A DNA stretch of 64,000 bases from the NCBI GenBank assembly GCA_973895155.1, contig OZ316896.1:9073539-9137538 (forward strand), read 5' to 3'. The notes under the pieces were generated by a model that worked only from the letters and a program-made list of their open reading frames with translations, made no database searches and had not been told where the DNA came from. This document shows positions 12,040-26,103 of the stretch, in pieces. Numbering within the stretch: position 1 is the stretch's first letter; every line of letters begins with the position of its first letter. Both the position numbers and the translations under genes were made by a program. Origin of the DNA: Marsupella aquatica (Eukaryota; Plantae; Marchantiophyta).

Positions 12040-13444
12040 AGCTGAACGAAATGGGTTGGCATAGTGCCCCTAATGTGGATGTATTGTTTGGAGATTGCAG
12101 AGAGTTCATTTTTGATGAGAAGGGCCATTGAAATATTAGGCAGCAGTTATCTTGTGCTTACATGTGGCTAGGTACATGCCACTAAAAGCTTACCTTAAGC
12201 CTTCCATGATCTCTTCAGACTGAGCAATCATTTTGAAAATTAATAAAATTATAAACTTATTATTATGTGTCTATGAAGTATAAGGTTTTTTTAACGGATG
12301 ACAAATTTTTAATTTGTATAAGTTCTTGATTCTGATTCAACGGGTAGTACTTCATTTATAACATACTTTATATGTGTTATCACAAAACAATACTCAAGAC
12401 ACTATCTCCTTTTTGTATTATGTGCAGTATCATTCATGTCAACATTTGTACAATATTGAACCCAGACCCAAGAAAAGAAGTTACAACTACTTTGGACAAA
12501 TCAGTACTTTGGGAAGGTAAGTACCTAAACATCAAATTTATTCCTTTTTGTCCTCCTAAATCTTAAATGGTTCATAAATCCAATGACAAAAGTTACAACT
12601 TACGGCATTTCGGTACTCAGATCTTAAATGGTTCGTGTACTATTTGACCGGAATTGTAATTTTTACTAAATAAATTATTTGTTCTTACATGGCAGATGGG
12701 AAAAAGAAAGCGTAATGTTTTGAGAAAAAAAGAATTGGGGGAAGATTTTTCTGTGGATGTATTTGTTACAGTGTGGGAAGACCTCAAAAATTAGATACCA
12801 TAAAATTGAAGTTTGCACTTCATTGGATTCTATGTCATGACAACATTCTTGAACTTTTTGTTAAAAAAGTTCTTAAACTAGAGTCTTCAAGATTTTCAAG
12901 AACACTATTCTTGAATGGGTATCAAAATTGTAGAAGCCATATCATTCAGATTTTTCCTCCTGAGGTGTTCATTGAAATTGATGACATCTTTCTTCATCAT
13001 GGTTTCAAACTAAAATTACCTCAACCTTTGAAAAAATCAATTACCATGTTTTCTAATCTTGACATTAGAAAGGGGAGTCAAGGCCCTTGCCCTTGGAAAC
13101 TCTCAACAATTGCAGTCAGGACGGCCTGGGGAGGGGGTTGTTGCATGAAAGTCTAGCTCATTCATATGCTCCCATCTGTTCATTTAAAGGCCTATTTTTT
13201 GACATGCAAGACTCATTCAGATATATGCTCCCATCAGTTCATTTAAAGGCCTATTTTTTGACATGCAAGGCACTCATTCAGATGTTGCTATAGGCTCATT
13301 TAGAAGCCTTGTTTTTTAGGACCTTCAGCATGCAAGACAACCCTTAACCCTCTCTGCCTTCTGGCCTGGGTCCCTGCAGATCCCCCCTGAAAGTCCCCCT
13401 TCTTGTGGCTACCCTACACAATCTCGTGCTCCTGAGTAGAAAGT

Positions 13445-13897
13445 TTATCCTCTGTCTATGTTGGATGGGTCTGCTTTTGGCTTTGAATGTTTATCCTCTA
13501 TCTCGCTTGGATGGGTCTGCTTTGGCTTTGAATGTTTATCTTCTATCTCTCTTGGATGGGTCTCCTTTCTGCTTAAATTCTATATCCTCTATCTCTCTTG
13601 GATGGGTCTCCTTTCTGCTTAAATTCTATATCCTCTATCTCTATGGATGGGTCTCCTTGAATGGGATGGGTCTTGGATGTACCTGCTTTCGGCTTTGAAT
13701 GTCTATCCTCTATCTCTCCTGATGGGTTTCTTTCTGCTTAAATTCTATATCCTCTATCTCTCTTGGATGGGTCTCCTTGGATGGATGGGCCTGCTTTTAT
13801 TAGGCTTAATTCTATCCTCTATCTGTGTTGGATGGGTATGCTTGGGGCTTTAAATCTATCTTCTGTCTTGTGTCGGATGGGACTCCTTTCGGCTTTG
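13445..13897. repeat. Minisatellite, ~45-bp degenerate unit, about 9-10 copies
   Basis: Recurrent atcctctatctctcttggatgggtct(c/g)cttt..gctt(aaattc/tgaatg)t.t. Confidence 0.9.
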
Positions 13898-13917
13898 AAG
13901 GAAAAAAAACAGAGAGG

Positions 13918-14021
13918 TCCCAACTGGCGTTGTTGCACGGCGTCACCCACTGAGGTAGAACACGCTGTGAAGAAAGAACCCAATTGGCGTGTTGTTGCAC
14001 GGCGTCACCCACTGAGGTAGA
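13918..14021. repeat. Two-copy direct repeat, ~60-bp period
   Basis: ccaa(c/t)tggcgt(gt)tgttgcacggcgtcacccactgaggtaga occurs at ~13920 and ~13980. Confidence 0.85.
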
Positions 14022-14549
14022 CTTCCGTGATGGGGCATGAGACCCAACAATCATGACGGGGGACCATTCTTTAATCAAGGACTGTCAGGACCTTGGGAGA
14101 GGGAGAGAAGCGGAGATGACAACGACCCCAAATCCGTAAGAAAGAGTAAATTATTCACAAAGGTGACAAGCTCGCTTCACTCGTGTTCTGTGCGGACTTT
14201 CAACGAGACTCGTCTCTGTTCATCTGCGAGGGCTGCGAAGTCAGATCGATGTGACAAACTTGTCAACATCGAAATTGTGACAAACTTGTCAACTTCGAAA
14301 TTGATCTCATTACCGACCGGCCCCACACTTCTAAACTCCTCCATGATCTTGTGGTTTTGGCCAGTCAACAAAGCTTGTCTCTGTCCAAAATTGTTCGTCT
14401 CCAATGCCCAATGCAGTCACGCAAGGTTGCATGCCGGATAAAACTGACAAACTTTTCCACCTTCGGACAGGCCCTGCTTTCAAAGCCACTCATGTATAAT
14501 CCGTTCCGGTCAACAAATATCGTCTCTGTTCGTCACCGAGGGTTCCACC

Positions 14550-14940
14550 TTCCAAATCGGATCAAGCTGACAATTCAAACCGATCAGAAACTTGTGAAAC
14601 ATCGGTCACGTCGTTATGTTGTCTCGTCGCAATATGTTACTGTCAGCTAGCAGTATGTCATTGTCATCACACTGAATGCGTGCTTCCAAATCGGATCAAG
14701 CCGACTAACCGATCAGCAACTTGCGAGACATCGGTCACGACGTCGTTACGTTGTCTCGTCGCAATACGTTATTGTCAGCAGTATGTCATTGTCATCACAC
14801 TGAATGCGTGCTTCCGAATCGGATCAAGCTGACAAACCCGATCAGCAACTTGTGAGACATCGGTCACGACGTCGTTATGTTGTCTCGTCGCAATGTCATT
14901 GTCATCGCGCCGAATGCGTGTCATCGCGCCGAATGCGTGG
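14550..14940. repeat. Tandem repeat, ~130-bp unit, 3 copies
   Basis: ttcc(a/g)aatcggatcaagc.gac...gatcag.aacttg.gagacatcggtcacgacgtcgtta.gttgtctcgtcgcaat...gtcattgtcatc...gaatgcgtg at ~14550, ~14684 and ~14812. Confidence 0.9.
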
Positions 14941-17900
14941 CGTGGCTAGCAAAGTAACTCGATTAGTACCAAATCTTACTTGGCACCGGTTTGGATTCAT
15001 TTCATACCTCTCCGCGCTCTCTTACGTATGACGGAGGTTGGAGTCCAATTTCAATTGCGATGCGCTTCGTTTGTTGCGTTTGCACGGTGCGCTCGGGTAG
15101 TATTCAATTGCACATGTTAAGGAAGGAGGGACCTTGATCGAGTACATCGCATTGCCGAATACTGGTCAGTCTAAAGGAGGATTGTTCATCCCTTAGTTGT
15201 AAACTCAGTTCGTTCAATGTTCCGTCTAGACAGTGAAGGACGTTGAAAGGGATTCGTGCAAGCGAGCTAGTATGCATGTATTAATTTGTGTCGAAAATAG
15301 CTCACTCAAGATTACTGTGTACAGGGTGGGGGTTGAGCTGCATTCCGGCGACAGAGTTGACCGTTTTTACACCAGTGAAGGACTGATTACAGGATCAATG
15401 GAACTGGACTGACTGGTACAATTCGACCATGATAACTTCAGACTCCAGGACCCCCAGTCATTCGTCGTTGCTTTCTATGATCGCCTTGTCGGTATAGCAT
15501 CACACCGTCGCTGCCACTTACCCATCTTGTGCCACCGTTGTCTTAAATGGTGACTCTTCGAACTGGCCGCTTCCTCTTTAAAGTGGGTCACTGAATATCT
15601 TTGATTTGCCCTCTTCGGCCGTATTGGCACATCGTCTGAATTTCGGCTGCCTGTTTCTATTGAAGGTCTGCGGATTCCTTCTTCTTCTCTCTGCGTCTTT
15701 GATTTCTCCGATTCTTGCCCTTGTCCAATAATTGCTCATTTTGAGTTTGCATATGCCCTCTTCTTTTGTGTTTCTTCTCTCTGGACCTCTTTAATTTGAT
15801 TTTACTCTCTTGTCCTTTGTTCGGTCCTTTATAAAAAAATTGGTCCTTTTCTCTCTTTTCTCTCTTTTCTCTCTTTTCCTGTCTCTCGTTCGCTTCTTCG
15901 TCGTGGCTGTTGCGTCAAATCCCCTCCTAATTCCGCTTTCAGCTTAATCTTCCTTTCTCCATTCCGTTTTGAATGTGAATCGTACTTGTCTGTTGGTCCT
16001 CCACATGATATTTCAAATACAGGAAAGGATTTGATCTGGAATCGTGGATACACCAAGGTCAGGCACCATCTTTATCAGACGTACTCTCGCATTCTGCAGA
16101 AACATTTCCCTTTTATCAGAGTGTAAATTCGACTCCGTCAGTGGTTTCCGAGCAACACCAACATGCGGGAGATTGGATGTCAAGAACGTGTCAAGAAAGG
16201 GTGCTTATGCAGATTCGAGAAGGACACGGGGTGATGATTGCTTGGCTTGTGTTTTACATTTGCAACCACTAGCTGTGGAGCGTTTAGATCCTAATTCTTA
16301 GTCTTGCAGTTGACATCCAACGTTTCTCACGAGAAGATTTCATCTAGTGGCGATAGCTCCGAACATTCGTCGATCTACAATAGACTCGATTGACGAAATG
16401 GAACGTCAAATTCTTTCCGGTGCTAAGTCTGGCGGCGGCACTTTCAAATTTCCTCGATATCGTCAACTACCTGTGAACCAATTCAACTATAACAACTGCG
16501 TCATCAGCAAATGTCAAGTTATCCTACGTACCCAAAGATGGCGGCCAAATGCTGAGGTGTGACTTCTAACTTCAACCATGACATTCTGCTCCTACCAGTA
16601 TAAAGCTCACGAATAAGGAGTCAATAGATTTTACTGAGGCAAGGGGGCAGGAAATATTAAAAGGGCAAAAACACGAGGATAGAACCAGATCGCCTTAGAT
16701 ATATTCTACTGCACATGTGAAGCTATGACTAAGAATGCCCTGGCATTTACAACTTAGGATGCAAGGTACCTGGAGCCAGACTGTCTCACCTGCAGCAGCA
16801 ATGTGCAGCGCCATCTATAGTGCGAAGTGGTTTGCTGTCTTACTTATTTTTCGCTCATCAATCGCCGTCAGATCAAACCAAAGTCGTTTAGACGATTTTT
16901 CAATGAAGGCACCCGGCGCAGTTAGTACCGAAGAGAAGAAAGGGAAACATGCGTTTCTATAATCCAGGAAGCATCTTGTGACCTTCTATTGGTTTTCTAA
17001 CAGGACTGGGTAGTCTGTGTGTACAAGTAAAATAAATGATGATGCTTAAGTAGATTCAGAATTGGAGTTACTGTTTCGTTTCCAGTTTCTACTCAAGCAA
17101 AATTCATTGTATTCACCTGATCTACTGTTTGGACAGAGGTACTCGCCACACCCTGAGCATTGACAGAGAAAAGAGCCATTGCCAATGTTGATCTTTTGAG
17201 TAAGAATACTGAATTCGACGGTAGTTGAGCACTGTCAAGCATTGTTCTTGCTTCTCGGCAAATTTAGGATCAGGAAAAGATATGAATGAAATGGGAAATG
17301 ACATGATAAAAGCGCTGTCAACTTACTGGGTTAAAGATCGAAAAGATTTACTAGTGGATCCAACTCACCTAGGCTACGAAAAAGTCATGCTCAACGTATG
17401 TAAACGTAGAAGACTTCTTGAAAGAAGGTCTTCCCAGTGGCTTATTAATCCCGAACTGAATGGTCCTAGTTTCAAATTGGGTTGATATCTAGTTTCATAA
17501 CCCTGTTCCTGCTAGAAGTTCATATCCGTGAATCGTGTGTTACGGCTTTTTCCTCTGTTACGACCTTCAAATTCAATCCTCTGCTTGAAAGCCGCTACTT
17601 TTTGCCATGGATTTCTTCTCCCGTGAGACGACTTGGGCCTGCGAACCTGTTGCAGTTTCATGTCATCACTTGTCTGAGTTTGTGGTTATTCCCTACTCCT
17701 GGGAAGAACACTTTCGGAGCTTTCTGCTCGAGATTTTATTTTCCAAGACAAGTTAACTGTCTTTTTTGGAAACAGTATTATTTAAAGCTTTTCATTGAGA
17801 TTGAGTTTGGCATGGCTTACCAAGCGTTCTGGAGTCCTTGAGCGGTGACCACCTTGAGCAAAGTCACCCGCTTTCAAGTCGGAGGCCTGCACAGCCGCTC

Positions 17901-18712
17901 CGTTCCGAAAAATGATTAGGAATCTCATTCCATTAAGTTTAACAAATATTAGGTGTGAAGGAACAATTGATTTGGGAACTGCGTCGGTAAAGTTCAAATC
18001 GTTCAAAAAATGAGCCACCACATACAAGTGTACTGTACTCCACGGCAATGGACACTCATGCACACAAAGGCTGTACGTACTGAAGGAGTCTTCAGTCAGT
18101 TGACAGACGCAGACCGGGGTGGATGTATTCTCCATCGCCAAGAGCCCGAGTTGGCACCTAAATATTTTGAACGGGTAGAAGCATGTGCGCAAGTAGAGCT
18201 CGTGCGAAAAACTTACCGATGGAGAAGGAGAGAACGATTCCGTTCTCAACGAATGAGCGTTGCTTGACAGACTTGAGCGTATCGAGACCGGGTGGTCGCA
18301 GTCGTCGTCTGATGATTCGGAGGTTTCTCCAAAATACTGTTGATTTACAGCCAAGGCCACAGGTGTGCTCAATGCACTCGTACATATGTCCGATGCACTC
18401 GTTGCAGTATGTGATGCACTCGTTGCAATATCTGGCAGTGCCTTTTGTTCATCGGTCTTCAGATTCTTCCCGTTGTCCAAGACATGTTCCTGGATGTACC
18501 ACGAGTGATTGGAATCACTCTTTTAGGATTACCAGCTCTCTTCCAGGCCTTCTTAAGTTGGGTTAAGCGATTCTTCATAGATATTTCCCATGGTATATCA
18601 TTACAAAATTCTCCTTTAATTTTGTTGAGATTGAAAAACAAATGAGCTTAGCGAAATGTTGACAAAAGGAAAACCAAGTTCTTGATCAGAAGCGAGGGGG
18701 CCATAGATTGTT

Positions 18713-21804
<3,092 letters not shown>

Positions 21805-23708
21805 GACGGCTCCGCAAGCGATTTGTTGCGAATAGCTTGGGGCGTTTTAGCTGAGGGGCGAAATCCATTCAAAGTCCTCCGCGCATATAGGATGTAAGAA
21901 TTACGCATGAAAGCAATCTGAAATTGTGAAGAAATTTATCAATTAATTCTGCATGAAAACACTTTGCAGGCAGCGTTCGACATTTCTAAGTCCCGCGTCT
22001 CAAGAAGTGCAGGATCAATTGCCTGTGCAGAACGCTGCCAAAGCATGGCGGGGACAACTGTAAAATGATGTAAACTGTTAAGAACGAAATGGATGTCTCT
22101 TTTAAGATTGCGATCAGGCGAGGACAATGATCAGGCAATCTGATATGTTGAGCTGATTGTCTGAGCATTAATGTCCGATTGCGGCGGATTGGAAAGTCTT
22201 TCTCATTCCTTAATCAATAATTTCTTGAACTTTCATTGTATTTCTCTCTGGTGCTTAGCAGGCCCGCAATTTAATATGATCCAGCACCGCAGCCACAGAA
22301 AACGTACCGCCCGTTTAGTCTCCTGGATGGCACAAAGCAGTCGTAGATTGCGGTAGCTTAGAACGAGTCCGTCCTGTTGCCGCGCCTCTTCAATGTGATT
22401 ATTCAGCAGACGACCCGGCAGCAGGGTACATATGGTAGCAAGTGCTTTAGCGAGCGAACAGGCCCGAAAGCTGTCGATGAATTGAAAGCGAGGACCCGTG
22501 CTATTTGTTCGGCCTTCATCTATAGATCCCAAGCTGGCATCGAATCAAGAAGGCTAGGCCTGATGACGAAACTTCACACGTCGATGTGTGCAGAAATGTC
22601 CACATTGAAATTTAAGTAATTCACATTAACCGCAGTAGGCGTACACGTACGTACGCATTTGCTGACAAATCTGTAATCACGCTCAGTACAAGGAGGCGCC
22701 AGGCATTATCTCATCTCCACTTTTAAGCCGCGGCGTTCCTTCCTTCCAACGCATATCAAGAACAGCTTCGATCCTTCCAATTGCGCCACCCTCGATCCTA
22801 GTCTTGGATTCCGCTCGCATTCATTCTACTATACCAGCAACCAATCCTCTGTGACCAGTTCAACATACATATCTTCTCCACCAAGATAACAACTACTACA
22901 ACAACGCCTTTCTTCGCGCTTGAAAATATCCGACGCCATCGCACACGTCGTTGTCTCAATCAATTCATCCGCCTCCAAACCAAAATCCTCCTCAGCCCAA
23001 ACTATTATGGCCCGGTATCTGTTCCGTTGCACTTGCCAGAATCACATTATCACCACCGTCGTAGGCGGAGGACAATTTAAGCCTCGGCAGGCCCTCGCTA
23101 GCACGTAGGTCGATTTTATCCCGTCCAAGAAAGACAGAACTCGCATTCACATAGGACATCAATCTACTACGCTGCCAACATCCAACTCTAAACCAAAATC
23201 GTCCTCCGACCAAACTACGATTGCGTCATCTCCGTTCCGTTGCACCGGGCGATAATCACGCCATCGCCGCCATCACATTCGAGAGGGAATAATTATTAAA
23301 CCTCCGTAACATCGAGGAAGTATGTAGAATTGTACTAGATCGATGGGTTCCTCGCGAGCAAGCAAGAAAGAAAGAACTCACATGTAGACAGGGCATCAAT
23401 TCCATCGCGACCGCCACTCGAGTGTGTTGCGCTCTCCTCACGCTAGCGATGGCGGAAGGCAAATATTTCCAGAAAAGCGGTCATAGCAAATCCGGAGCGG
23501 CTCCTTTTTTCCTTTCCTTGAACAGCCTTCGAGCCCACCTACGCTAAACTCCTCGTCACATAACGCACGATCATCGCTATTCTATGTTCGCTTGTCGTCT
23601 TCCCGTCCCAACTACTGTACAACGTATTGTACAACCCTGCAACGTTCGGGATCGTCTTCCTACGCATACGTCTACGGTCTCGTACTGCTTCTTAATGTAT
23701 AAGGTTAA

Positions 23709-24053
23709 GGGCCATCTTGCATGTGCAAGGTGCTTTGATTTTTGGCCCTCAAATGAACCCGTGGCATCTCTAAACGAAGCGACAAACCATCTCTAAACGA
23801 AGCGACAAACCGGCAGTCCTGATGGCGTCTTTGGAGGATATGCAAGGGCAAGGGCCTGAAATTTTCCTGCCCTTGAGGTCCCGGACTTTGAACTTTGAAT
23901 AAAACAAAATGACAGTAGATCCCCGACTCAATAAGCACTTCACACATAAGGTGTTCTTGATTGTGTTTAGATCCTGGGTCCACACTTTTTCCCGACATCT
24001 GTGAGCTGCTAATGGTCGCATTTTTCAGGACTCTTGCACATGCAAGACAGCCC
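23709..24053. mobile_element. PIF/Harbinger (Tourist-like) MITE, 345 bp
   Basis: TAA|gggccatcttgcatgtgcaag ... cttgcacatgcaagacagccc|TAA gives a 21-bp TIR with 2 mismatches and an identical 3-bp TSD. The terminal motif is the same as at 7567, 7880, 7884 and 13343. Confidence 0.85.
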
Positions 24054-24056
24054 TAA

Positions 24057-24174
24057 GGACCAGGGCTATCCCTTTATGGGATATAAAGGCAACCGTATAT
24101 ATGGTAGACCCGAGTATGCGGGGAGATCTTATATACGGGAGACTTTTTATCCCATTAAGGGATTAGCCCGGTCT
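24057..24174. repeat. ~118-bp imperfect palindrome (fold-back MITE-like), with a diverged second copy at ~24440-24519
   Basis: The left arm ggaccagggctatccctttatgggatataaaggcaaccgtatata pairs with the right arm tatatacgggagactttttatcccattaagggattagcccggtct. Flanked by TAA and TTA. Confidence 0.8.
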
Positions 24175-25091
24175 TTACCTGTTGGTTAAGGTAAGAAACA
24201 GTGATATATCAAAGTTCTCTGAGTATTTTCATCTTTCATTACAAGACTCAATTTATCTGGATTTTGAGTTTGGAACAACTGTCCCAAACACTCCTCATAC
24301 GCATCTACCCAGGAGAAAAGGCTGTCAGATTGCAGACCATATGAATATACAGTCATTTTCTAATGAGTTATAATCAATGCCAAAAGTGCTAATGTGGCAG
24401 CAGCCTGAAGCCACAAAAAACAAAATATCACCATGATGACCTTAATGGGATATTAGAGCAACCGTATCTTGACCCGCGAATGCGGGGAGGCATACGGAAG
24501 CTCGAATACCCCATTAAGGAGCAGGGGGCAGCCCTAAACGTACGTTAAGGATTGTGGCCATTGATTGACTCAATCGAATGGACCAGATAGACAGCTCCCC
24601 ATGCCTAATATCCGACCGTCAATTTCAATGGCTGAGATTAGTTAGGGTACGTGCGCCTGCTGCCTTGTCATCCTATACCTGTGTAAAAACACACCCCAAA
24701 AATGGTGCAAATTTATGAAATATAAAATCTGCTTATGTGGCAAGATCTGGTAGGCCATGTACTTTAAGAATCAACCCACAATCCTCAACGGTCCCGTATG
24801 TACTCACTAGGGCGCCTCAAGGGATTATTTAGGGCGTGTCAAAACAAAGCCATAAGAATCTTATTTTTTTATTTTCCTTGAGATTAGCACTTTACTTATA
24901 TGAAAAGTAAAACACAATAAACAACCTGGAATAACAGGCCAGATCAACAAGTATCACACAAGGCCAAAAACCACCCACAAACCGAACACATTCAGTCCCG
25001 AGGGCAAAGAATTACAGGAGAAACTACCCATGACAAAGTAACAATGGCTAGGATTTTGTTGGACATAAGAGTCTTATGGGGCGTGTACTTA

Positions 25092-25420
25092 GGGCCAGGT
25101 TCCATGGGCCAGGGGCAGGGAGTACCATACTACCATCACTCCCTCTGACACCCCCTGGGGCCCAAATATATCGTATGCCAAGGTGTACACAGTATTTTAA
25201 ATGTATGAATTCTGACTTAGGAGCCAATGAGAATGCCCTGTACCATCCCTATACAAGGGCAGGGGGTACCCCTGAAATTTAACAGGGAGTGTGAGGGAAA
25301 GGCATACTCCCTACTACAGTATTTGTACACCCCTCAATCCCTGGCAAAGCTGCAATCTTAATGGCTTAGAAATTCCGACAGTATCCGACTCCTTACTCCC
25401 AGCCCCATGGAACCTAGCCT
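25092..25420. mobile_element. PIF/Harbinger-like MITE inserted in an array unit
   Basis: TTA|gggccaggttccatgggcc ... gccccatggaacctagcct|TTA. The next array unit shows the empty site (ggggcgtgtactta-cccagtaggcattatttaggg). Confidence 0.85.
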
Positions 25421-25938
25421 TTACTGCCAGTAGGCATTATTTAGGGCGTGTCAAAATACAGCCATAAGAATTTTCTTATGGCTAAAATTTTGTTGCACAT
25501 AGAAGTCTTATGGGGCGTGTACTTACCCAGTAGGCATTATTTAGGGAGTGTCAAAATAAAGCTATAAGAATTTTTCTATGGCTGAAATTTTGTTGGACAT
25601 AGAAGTCTTATGGAGCGTGTATTTAGGTAGCCAGTAGTAGGCACTAGGGAGTGTCAAAATAGAGCCATAAGAATTTTCTTATGGCTAAAATTTTGCTGGA
25701 CATAAGAGTCTTATGGGGCGTGTATTTAGGCATTAGGGCGTGTCAAAATAAAGCCATAAGGATTTTCTTGTGGCTAAAATTTTGTTGGATATAAGAATCT
25801 TATGGGGCGTGTATTTAGGTAGCCAGTAGTAGGCATTAGGGAGTGTCAAACTATATAAAGCCATAAGAATTAATTTCTTATGTCAAAAATTTTGTTGGAC
25901 ATGAAAGTATTATGGTGTGTGTATTTAGGTAGCTAGTA

Positions 25939-26103
25939 CTAGGGCGTGTCAAGCTTCTCTCATAACCATAGTGTTATTTTTTTGGACTTACCACCCTTGT
26001 GGGGTACATATATTGGTAGCCCATAGCAATTTTGTCCTGGCCGTAACAGCATATTATGTCCTGAGCCGTAACTGGGTTATGGATGTGCTTTGACACTCCC
26101 TAG
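25939..26103. mobile_element. 165-bp TA-flanked MITE with CTAGGG(C/A)GTGTCAA termini
   Basis: TA|ctagggcgtgtcaagc...cataacc at the left end and ggttatgg...gctttgacactccctag|TA at the right end. Confidence 0.65.

Noticed and set aside
14177-14560. Minus-strand TIFVDRNGLY..S..PKVEKF resembling a BRO-N viral domain
   Set aside because: It is short, stop-bounded and lies in a degenerate internal repeat (gacgaacagagacg recurs), so it is probably coincidental.
13445-14940. Regularly spaced repeats that could be mistaken for a CRISPR array (also 24.8-26.3 kb and 28.9-30 kb)
   Set aside because: The sequence between repeats is itself repeated (no unique spacers), there are no cas genes, and the context is eukaryotic.
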